Source: Schaalia odontolytica
Lineage (GTDB): Bacteria > Actinomycetota > Actinomycetes > Actinomycetales > Actinomycetaceae
NCBI RefSeq assembly: GCF_005696695.1
Contig: NZ_CP040006.1
Location: 990,001 to 1,022,000, forward strand
DNA: 32,000 nucleotides
Reading direction: 5' to 3'
The translations under genes were made by a program, and so were the position numbers. Shown here one piece after another: positions 6,523 to 13,467 of the stretch (the stretch's first letter is position 1; every line of letters starts with the position of its first letter). The notes under the pieces are model-generated. The model did no database searches, had not been told where the DNA came from, and worked only from the letters and a program-made list of their open reading frames with translations.

Positions 6523-8844
6523 ATGTCCGCTGCGACCACGCAGTTCCCCACCGCCACGATCCTGGCCTATCCGCGTATCGGCCGTGGCCGTGAGCTCAAG
6601 CGCGCCCTCGAGGCCCGCTGGGCCGGCCGCATCACCGAGGCCGAGCTGATCCAGGCCGCCAACGATCTGCGCAAGGAGAACCTGGCGCGCCTCGTCGAGC
6701 TTGGCCTGAACGCCTCCGACGCGTCCCTGGCCGACGCGCCCTCCCTGTATGACCACGTCCTGGACGCCACGATCCTCTTGGGTGCCATCCCGCCGCGCTT
6801 CGCCGGCCGCGAGGGCCTCGACCTCTACTTCGCGCTCGCCCGCGGTGACGACAAGGTCGGCCCCGAAGAGATGACGAAGTGGTTCGACACGAACTACCAC
6901 TACCTCGTCCCCGAGATCGGCCCCGACACGCCCCTGCGCTTCGCCGACGACACGATTACCCGCCGCTTCACTGACGCCCGCGAGTGGGGCTACGTGACCC
7001 GCCCGGTCCTGGTTGGCCCTGTCACCTACCTGGCCCTGGCCAAGGCAGACCCGGCCACCCCGGACTTTGATCCGCTCACCCGCATCGACGAGGCCGTGGC
7101 CGCGTACGAGGAGGCACTGGCCTCCCTGCACGCCGCCGGCGCCCCGTGGGTCCAGCTCGACGAGCCGGCCCTGACCTCGGACAACCTGTCGCGTACCCGC
7201 GTCGAGCTGGGCGAGCTGGCCGCCCGCGTCTACGAGCGTCTGGCCGCCTCTCAGAACCGTCCCCAGATCCTGCTCACCACCCCCTACGGCGACGCCTCCC
7301 ACGCGGTGGCTGCTCTTGCCAAGACGGGCGTCGAGGCCCTCCACGTCGACACGCTGCGCGGCTCGCTGCCCACGGGCGCCGACCTGTCCGGCGTCACCCT
7401 CGTCGTCGGCGCGGTCGACGGTCGCTACATTTGGCGCGCCGACCTGGCCCAGCTGCGCGAGACCCTGAAGGCCGCCCAGGCCCTGGGTGCCGCCCGCGTC
7501 ACCGTCGCCACCTCCAACTCCCTCCAGCACGTGCCCCACGACACCGCGCTGGAGACCTGGGACGACGCGACCCTTAACGAGAACCTGCACGCCTGGCTCG
7601 CCTTCGCCGACCAGAAGGTTCTCGAGGTCGTCACCCTCGCCCGCGGCGTGGATGAGGGCTGGGAAGCCATCGACGCCGAGGTCGCCGAGGCCACCCGCGT
7701 CCTCGAGCAGCGCGCCGCCGCCCCCGGCGTCGTGCGCCCCGAGGTCCGCAGCCGCACCGCCGCCCTCACCGACGCCGACCGCGCCCGCGAGCCCTACCTG
7801 GAGCGCGAGGCCGCTCAGACCGAGCGCCTGCACCTGCCCCCGCTGCCCACCACGACCATCGGCTCGTTCCCGCAGACCACCGAGATCCGCAAGGCCCGCG
7901 CTGCTAACGCGCGCGGCGAACTGTCCGACGCGGACTACGAGGCCCGCATGCGCGAGGAGATCGCCTCGGTCATCACGCTCCAGGAGGAGCTGGGACTCGA
8001 CATGCTCGTCCACGGCGAGGCCGAGCGTAACGACATGGTCCAGTACTTCGCTGAGCTGCTCGACGGCTTCGCGGCCACACGCAACGGCTGGGTGCAGTCC
8101 TACGGCTCGCGCTGCACGCGCCCGTCGATCCTGTGGGGCGACGTCTCTCGCCCCGCGCCCATGACCGTGGGCTGGACCAGCTACGCCCAGTCGCTCACCG
8201 ACAAGCCCGTCAAGGGCATGCTCACCGGCCCCGTCACGATCATCGCGTGGTCCTTCCCGCGTAACGACCTGCCGCTTGGTGAAATCGCCGACCAGATCGG
8301 CCTGGCCCTGCGCGACGAGGTGTCCGATCTTGAGGCCGCCGGCATCGCCGCGATCCAGGTCGACGAGCCCGCCCTGCGTGAACTCCTGCCCCTGGATGCC
8401 GACCGCCACGCCGACTACCTGAATTGGTCCGTGGGATCCTTCCGCCTGGCCACCTCCTCGGTGCGTCCCGACACCCAGATCCACACGCACCTGTGCTACT
8501 CCGAGTTCGGCCAGATCATCGACGCCATCAAGGGCCTGGATGCCGACGTGACGTCCATCGAGGCGGCGCGCTCCAAGATGGAGGTCGTCCCCGAGCTCGC
8601 CGAGGCCGGCTTCGACCACGGCATCGGCCCCGGCGTGTGGGACATCCACGCGCCCCGCGTTCCCGGCACCGAAGAGCTCGCCGAGCTCATCGGCCTGGCC
8701 GCTGACGCCGTGCCGGTCTCGCGCCTGTGGGTCAACCCCGACTGTGGCCTCAAGACCCGTGGCTACGAGGAAACGAAGGCGTCGCTGGACAACCTTGTCT
8801 CTGCTACTCGGCAAGTGCGTGCCCAGCGCGGCCTGGAGAGCTGA
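6523..8844 (+). CDS. metE: 5-methyltetrahydropteroyltriglutamate--homocysteine S-methyltransferase (cobalamin-independent methionine synthase), 773 aa
   Basis: The protein starts MSAATTQFPTATILAYPRIGRGRELKRALE with AAGGAG 7 nt upstream. C-terminal zinc/substrate blocks IHTHLCYSEF and NPDCGLKTR are present. The 83 upstream codons of track ORF 6274.. overlap the metF 3' end and look non-coding. Confidence 0.95.
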   Translation: MSAATTQFPTATILAYPRIGRGRELKRALEARWAGRITEAELIQAANDLRKENLARLVELGLNASDASLADAPSLYDHVLDATILLGAIPPRFAGREGLDLYFALARGDDKVGPEEMTKWFDTNYHYLVPEIGPDTPLRFADDTITRRFTDAREWGYVTRPVLVGPVTYLALAKADPATPDFDPLTRIDEAVAAYEEALASLHAAGAPWVQLDEPALTSDNLSRTRVELGELAARVYERLAASQNRPQILLTTPYGDASHAVAALAKTGVEALHVDTLRGSLPTGADLSGVTLVVGAVDGRYIWRADLAQLRETLKAAQALGAARVTVATSNSLQHVPHDTALETWDDATLNENLHAWLAFADQKVLEVVTLARGVDEGWEAIDAEVAEATRVLEQRAAAPGVVRPEVRSRTAALTDADRAREPYLEREAAQTERLHLPPLPTTTIGSFPQTTEIRKARAANARGELSDADYEARMREEIASVITLQEELGLDMLVHGEAERNDMVQYFAELLDGFAATRNGWVQSYGSRCTRPSILWGDVSRPAPMTVGWTSYAQSLTDKPVKGMLTGPVTIIAWSFPRNDLPLGEIADQIGLALRDEVSDLEAAGIAAIQVDEPALRELLPLDADRHADYLNWSVGSFRLATSSVRPDTQIHTHLCYSEFGQIIDAIKGLDADVTSIEAARSKMEVVPELAEAGFDHGIGPGVWDIHAPRVPGTEELAELIGLAADAVPVSRLWVNPDCGLKTRGYEETKASLDNLVSATRQVRAQRGLES

Positions 8845-8862
8845 GCGTTCTCCTAGGCGATA

Positions 8863-8902
8863 GGTGAGGGGCGGGCCCTATGGGTCCCGCCCCTCACCGT
8901 TT
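8863..8902 (+). terminator. intrinsic terminator after metE
   Basis: A 13-bp perfect stem, GGTGAGGGGCGGG (8863-8875) paired with CCCGCCCCTCACC (8886-8898), is followed by GTTTG. Confidence 0.7.
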
Positions 8903-9342
8903 GCGTCTATGCGGGCGCGCGGACGCGTGCGGTGGTGATCCGGGGGGAGAGAGTGGGCATCTGTGCCCGCGAATGTAACAGCGCCAGAATGTGATGGTGC
9001 ATCGAGGAGATGGGATGCGCTGTCCGGGCTGTTGCCTTATCAGCGTTATTGCAACGATTAATGGCTGCAGTCAGGGTGGTCGTCTGCGAATATAGGCTGT
9101 CCGACCCATGATCACACGCTGTTACGCAGTCTCATTGTGTGGACGCCGTGTTGCTCGGACGGAATCCGTCCGACAGACTTAATGCCATGACGACCTTCGC
9201 GAACCCCATGTGCTGCCCCTGCGGTGGCATGATGTCGCGAATGTGTATGTGATTGACGCCCCAGATACCCCTGTCAATCACCGCCGCAGTGATATACCCA
9301 CGCCGATAGTGGGAGTGCGGCCCCGAAGAATCGGATACACCC

Positions 9343-9774
9343 ATGACCCTCGTCAACACCCCTGCCGCCTCCGTCCGCGCCGCCAACGACACCCCCACCT
9401 CCTACGAGGAATTCCTTGACGTTCTCGCCGGCCTGCGACTGAGCTCCTCCCGCATCGACATTGACATCGACCGCGGTCAGGTCACCCTCGACGGACGCGA
9501 CGCCGGCCTGTCTGCCAAGGAACACGACCTCCTGGCCCACCTCGCCGCCAACGCCGACCGCTCCGTCACCCGTGACGAGCTCTTCGCCTCCGTGTGGGCC
9601 GACTCCGAGCTCGGCTCCGACTCCCGCACCGTGGACGCCCACATCCGCCGCCTGCGCAAGAAGCTCTCCATCCTGCCCGACCTCATCTCCACGGTCCGCG
9701 GCGAAGGCTACCGCTTCAACTCCACCCCCTCCGTGCGCGTTCGCGTCACCCGCCCCGTCGCCCTCGCCGCCTGA
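9343..9774 (+). CDS. stand-alone OmpR/PhoB-type winged-helix DNA-binding protein (no receiver domain), 143 aa
   Basis: Trans_reg_C-like core: LSAKEHDLLAHLAANADRSVTRDELFASVWADSELGSDSRTVDAHIRRLRKKL...ISTVRGEGYRF. Only about 40 residues precede it. An in-frame stop lies 12 codons upstream of the ATG. Confidence 0.75.
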   Translation: MTLVNTPAASVRAANDTPTSYEEFLDVLAGLRLSSSRIDIDIDRGQVTLDGRDAGLSAKEHDLLAHLAANADRSVTRDELFASVWADSELGSDSRTVDAHIRRLRKKLSILPDLISTVRGEGYRFNSTPSVRVRVTRPVALAA

Positions 9775-9888
9775 GCGCCTTCGCGGCGGACCCCGCCGCC
9801 ACACCCAGCCGCGCCACCGCGCGCATCGGCCCAGCGGCCACCCCGGGCGGCTCCCAGCCCAGGCACCCGCACGGGGCGGATAAAAGGG

Positions 9889-9929
9889 GAGAGGGGCCAC
9901 GGCCTCGTCCCCGAAACCGCGCCCCTCTC
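9889..9929. terminator. bidirectional terminator between the convergent winged-helix gene and ilvA
   Basis: GAGAGGGGC (9889-9897) pairs with GCCCCTCTC (9921-9929), and there is an internal GGGG...CCCC sub-stem. GCGTTTGT follows on the plus strand and CCTTTTAT on the minus strand. Confidence 0.5.
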
Positions 9930-9949
9930 AGGCGTTTGTATCGACTCCT

Positions 9950-11236
9950 TTAGATCACGAGTCGCGTGATCTCCGAATCCAACGGCAGCTCCTCCACATG
10001 CAGGGGGGAGGCTTCCATGCGGTGTCGAAGCCCGTCGATGTCATCCGGGTTAGACAGATCGATTCCCACCAGCGCGGGGCCGAGCTCGCGGTTGTTCTTC
10101 TTCGTGTACTCGAAATGCACGATATCGTCCGCGGGACCCAGCACATCCGACAGGAAGACGCGCAGCATGCCCGGCTGCTGCGGGAAGGTCACGAGGAAGT
10201 AATGACGCAGGCCCTCGTGGCGCAGCGAACGCTCCATGACCTCGGCGTAGCGCGTCAGGTCGTTGTTACCACCCGACACCACGCACACGATCGCGCCGTC
10301 GGAGCGGCCCAGCAGCGCCTTGCGATCCGCCGGATCGGTCAGGTACACGTGCGCGGCCGTGGACGCGAGAGCGCCGGCAGGCTCGGCGATGACACCGTCG
10401 GACTGGTAGAGCTCCAGCATCTCCGTGCACACCGCGCCCTCGGGGACAACCAGCACGGAATCAACGAACTGCGACGCGATGTGGAAGGGGAGCGAACCTG
10501 CGCGGCCCACGGCCGTGCCGTCCACGAAAGGATCGACCTTCGCCAGGGACATCGGCTGCCCCGCCTCGAGGGCCGCGTGCATCGACGCCGCGCCCGCGGG
10601 CTCCACGCCGATGATCTTCACCTCTGGACGATTCGCACGCAGCCACGTCGCAATGCCGGCGATGAGACCGCCGCCGCCCACGGGGACCAGGATGGCCGCC
10701 GTGTCCTCGGGCATCTGCTCCTCGAGCTCGACGCCGATCGTGCCCTGGCCGGCGATCGTGAACGGATCGTCGTAGGGATGAACGTAGGTGCGGCCCGTGG
10801 CGCGCGCGGCCTCCTGGGCCAGCGCGTTCGCGCGGTCGAACGTGCCATCCACAATGACCTGCTCGACCCACTGCCCACCAATCGTCGCGATACGGCGACG
10901 CTTCTGACGAGGCGTGTTCGAGGGAAGGTAGATCGTGCCCCGCACGCCCAGGTGGGCACAGGCGTAGGCCAGGCCCTGCGCGTGGTTGCCAGCCGACGCG
11001 CACACGACGCCGCGTTCGCGCTCTGCGGGGGACAGGAGCGACATGCGCGCGTAGGCGCCGCGCACCTTGAAGGAACGGCACTTCTGCTGGTCCTCACGCT
11101 TGAGCAGAATGTCGACGCCGGCCTCGGTGGACAGACGCTCGGAACGATCCAGATTCGTGCGAACGGCGACCCCCTCCAGGGCGGTGGCGGCCTGACGGAT
11201 ATCCTTCGGCGTGGTCACGTGAGAACTAGCGGTCAT
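9950..11236 (-). CDS. ilvA: threonine ammonia-lyase (threonine dehydratase), 428 aa
   Basis: The PLP-lysine motif SFKVRGA, SAGNHAQG, the VPVGGGGLIAG loop and one C-terminal ACT-like regulatory domain are present. The start is ATG 11236 with GGAAGGAG upstream. The 113 extra codons of the track ORF overlap orn on the opposite strand. Confidence 0.9.
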   Translation of the reverse strand: MTASSHVTTPKDIRQAATALEGVAVRTNLDRSERLSTEAGVDILLKREDQQKCRSFKVRGAYARMSLLSPAERERGVVCASAGNHAQGLAYACAHLGVRGTIYLPSNTPRQKRRRIATIGGQWVEQVIVDGTFDRANALAQEAARATGRTYVHPYDDPFTIAGQGTIGVELEEQMPEDTAAILVPVGGGGLIAGIATWLRANRPEVKIIGVEPAGAASMHAALEAGQPMSLAKVDPFVDGTAVGRAGSLPFHIASQFVDSVLVVPEGAVCTEMLELYQSDGVIAEPAGALASTAAHVYLTDPADRKALLGRSDGAIVCVVSGGNNDLTRYAEVMERSLRHEGLRHYFLVTFPQQPGMLRVFLSDVLGPADDIVHFEYTKKNNRELGPALVGIDLSNPDDIDGLRHRMEASPLHVEELPLDSEITRLVI

Positions 11237-11330
11237 GGGAACTCCTTCCAATACCCTTCTAGTGTAGTAGTGGCCACCGCCCCCAAGTCCCACCCAACCG
11301 TATGACCCAGAGCGCACTAACATAGAAGGC

Positions 11331-11969
11331 GTGAAAACTTTGAAAGACCCCCTGGTCTGGATTGACTGCGAAATGACCGGCCTGGACGTCTCAAGCGACG
11401 CCCTCATCGAGGTGGCGGTGGTCGTGACCGACGGCGACCTCACGATTGTCGACCCGGGCATGGACGTGCTGATCACGCCGCCTGCCGAAGCCCTCGACAA
11501 CATGAACGACTTCGTGCGCAACATGCACACCTCCTCCGGGCTGCTCGATGACCTGCAGACGTCAGCTGTGTCCATGGAAGAGGCAACCGAGCAGGTCCTG
11601 TCCTACATCAAGCGCTTCGTGCCCCAGCAGGGCAAGGCGCTCCTGGCGGGCAACTCGGTAGGCACCGACAAGATGTTCCTCGAGGCGAACATGCCCTCCG
11701 TCATCGACCACCTGCACTACCGCCTGGTGGACGTCTCTTCCATCAAGGAACTGGCCAAGCGCTGGTACCGCGCCGCCTTCGCCGAGTCGCCCGACAAGCA
11801 CGGCGGCCACCGTGCGCTGGCGGACATCCTGGAGTCCATCCAGGAGCTCGAGTACTACCGCCGTGTGCTCTTCCCGTCCGAGCCGGTGACCACTGAGCGC
11901 GCGCGCGAGGTTGCTCGCGAGGTCGTCGCCCTGGGCATCCCCGCTATGGGCGAGGCCGCCGAGGCCTGA
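11331..11969 (+). CDS. orn: oligoribonuclease, 212 aa (GTG start)
   Basis: DEDDh exonuclease motifs are present: LVWIDCEMTGLD, LAGNSVGTDKMFL and HRALADILESI. GAAGG lies upstream of the GTG. Confidence 0.9.
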   Translation: MKTLKDPLVWIDCEMTGLDVSSDALIEVAVVVTDGDLTIVDPGMDVLITPPAEALDNMNDFVRNMHTSSGLLDDLQTSAVSMEEATEQVLSYIKRFVPQQGKALLAGNSVGTDKMFLEANMPSVIDHLHYRLVDVSSIKELAKRWYRAAFAESPDKHGGHRALADILESIQELEYYRRVLFPSEPVTTERAREVAREVVALGIPAMGEAAEA

Positions 11970-11986
11970 TTGTCACTCGTGACGCC

Positions 11987-12019
11987 AAGCGGCGGCATCC
12001 CCGAGGGGTGTCGCCGCTT
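11987..12019 (+). terminator. hairpin after orn (no U-tract)
   Basis: AAGCGGCG (11987-11994) pairs with CGCCGCTT (12012-12019), with an inner CCCC-GAG-GGGT sub-stem. It starts 18 nt after the orn stop. Confidence 0.35.
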
Positions 12020-12053
12020 CGCTGCGTCGGGAGTGCTGGCTGTGCGCAGCGTG

Positions 12054-12122
12054 GCGTCCACAGGGGCGTGTACGCAACGCTCGTTATCCACAGGGGTCCG
12101 AGGTGAACGCGCGTCATCCACA
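12054..12122 (+). repeat. three same-orientation DnaA-box-like 9-mers at exact 30-bp spacing
   Basis: The boxes are GCGTCCACA (12054-12062), TTATCCACA (12084-12092) and TCATCCACA (12114-12122), each followed by GGG(G/C). Units 2 and 3 share a longer AACGCnCGTnATCCACAGGGG core. CCACAG/CTGTGG inverted arms lie at 12118-12135. Confidence 0.5.
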
Positions 12123-12214
12123 GGGCGCGCTGTGGCGCTTGAAGTGGTGTGGCATGTGGGGCTTTCCTGGATGCATCCGGCCAACGCCGGCCAGAACGGA
12201 CAAAGGATGCAACG

Positions 12215-13003
12215 ATGCAGGACATATCGACGACCCTGAGGGGCCGTATCGGATCAGAACCGATGATGAAGCACGTCAAGGGTGACGTCTGCGTGACGAC
12301 CTTCCGGCTCGCAATTACGAAGTGGCGCTTCACGAGCGACGCGCGCACGGGCAACGCCTCCTACGTGGAGGACGGCGCCTACTGGTACACGGTGGAAACC
12401 TGGGACACGCTGGCCTCCAACGTGTTCCGTAGCTGCCGCAAGGGCGATCCCGTCGTCGTAGTCGCCCGACCCGTTCCAAACGGTTGGATCGACGGTAATG
12501 GGCAGATTCGGTCATCGATCGTCTACCGGGCCTCCTCGGTCGGCCACGATTTGGCACGGGGAACTTCCCAGTTCACGAAGAATGGCACGCACGCGACCGA
12601 TGAGCCGGCGGGTGGGACGCAGGGGGATCCCTATTCGACGAGGCAGGGGCTGGGATCGGCGGTCATCGCTCAGGCTGGGGAACACCAGGGCGACCTGAGC
12701 ACCGACGTACACGCTCACGTAGCTGCGCCGGATGAGGGTACGGACAACCTGCCCGATGAGGTGGCCCACTCTCTGAGTGAGCCGACGTCCCACGCTCCGA
12801 CTGACACAGGGGGAGGAGAACTCTCTGTGCTTCCCGCGCTCGGAGAACACGAAGGGTCCGAGGAACAATCCTCGGACCCGGGTAGGAACTCGTCGTCATG
12901 CTTCGACTATTCGACGCTGGAAGGCGGACACGCCGATGCGACGAAAAACGATGCGTTCGAGCCTCTTGACGGCGACGCGGACGAGCCGCCCGATGCCGCC
13001 TAG
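12215..13003 (+). CDS. single-stranded DNA-binding protein family paralog with a long acidic disordered tail, 262 aa
   Basis: The N-terminal 120 aa or so aligns by eye to the SSB OB fold (LRGRIGSEP...VTTFRLA...WYTVETWDTLASNVFRSCRKGDPVVVVARP...SSIVYRASSVGHDLARGT). The C-terminal 140 aa or so is Asp/Glu/Gly/Ser/Thr/His/Pro-rich (acidic, low complexity) and ends ...DGDADEPPDAA. The start is ATG 12215 after AAAGGA; the 22 upstream track codons were dropped. Confidence 0.75.
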   Translation: MQDISTTLRGRIGSEPMMKHVKGDVCVTTFRLAITKWRFTSDARTGNASYVEDGAYWYTVETWDTLASNVFRSCRKGDPVVVVARPVPNGWIDGNGQIRSSIVYRASSVGHDLARGTSQFTKNGTHATDEPAGGTQGDPYSTRQGLGSAVIAQAGEHQGDLSTDVHAHVAAPDEGTDNLPDEVAHSLSEPTSHAPTDTGGGELSVLPALGEHEGSEEQSSDPGRNSSSCFDYSTLEGGHADATKNDAFEPLDGDADEPPDAA

Positions 13004-13464
13004 TCGGACGCGTCCACGATCGCGACCTGCGCGATGGCGCACTCCCCGTCGTGGCTGATGGACACGAGCGCTCTCCACGTGGAAGGCGCTCCGAGTGACG
13101 CCTCGCAGGCAGCTGCGACTCGGCCGTGCAACGTGAGAGCGGGACGGTTCCACTCGTCGTGGATGACCTCGATCTCGTGCCAGTCGACGTCATCGGTACC
13201 GATGAGAGGAGGGGACCCGAAAAGGGCGCACGACCAGGCCTTGATAAAGGCCTCCTTCGCGGCCCACAGGCCGCCCGCGTGACGGGCCACGGCCTCGTCA
13301 TAGCGGGCGGAACCGGGCTGCGCGCCAGAGGTAGCGACGGCGCGGGCGCGGACCCGGCGGGCCTCCCTGGGCGTCAGGACGCCATTCAGGAAGGCCGAAC
13401 CCGGCTCCCTCACCTGAGCGGCAAACTCAGGGAGGGAGACCAGGTCAACGCCGAGTCCGCGCAT
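13000..13464 (-). CDS. acpS: holo-[acyl-carrier-protein] synthase (4'-phosphopantetheinyl transferase), 154 aa
   Basis: The N-terminal GVDLVSL Mg/CoA motif and WAAKEAFIKA are present. The start lies 3 nt after the fas stop, with GGAAGG inside the fas 3' end acting as the Shine-Dalgarno sequence. Confidence 0.9.
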   Translation of the reverse strand: MRGLGVDLVSLPEFAAQVREPGSAFLNGVLTPREARRVRARAVATSGAQPGSARYDEAVARHAGGLWAAKEAFIKAWSCALFGSPPLIGTDDVDWHEIEVIHDEWNRPALTLHGRVAAACEASLGAPSTWRALVSISHDGECAIAQVAIVDASD

Positions 13465-13467
13465 CGC

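Noticed and set aside
6391-8814. An 807-aa ORF antisense to metE.
   Set aside because: This is the same GC-shadow effect. The product is Gly/Arg/Val/Asp-rich (GGQ..., RGG...) and has no motifs, while metE on the plus strand is unambiguous.
8971-9126. An inverted 9-mer, GTAACAGCG (8975-8983) and CGCTGTTAC (9118-9126), suggesting a long hairpin or MITE-like ends.
   Set aside because: It is a single short match separated by about 135 nt, with no further complementarity and no target-site duplication. This is compatible with chance.
9132-9398. An 88-aa minus-strand ORF and a 69-aa plus-strand ORF (9210-9419) in the metE-downstream spacer.
   Set aside because: Neither has an SD or any recognisable family features. 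Both overlap the start of the winged-helix gene, and the local composition looks non-coding.
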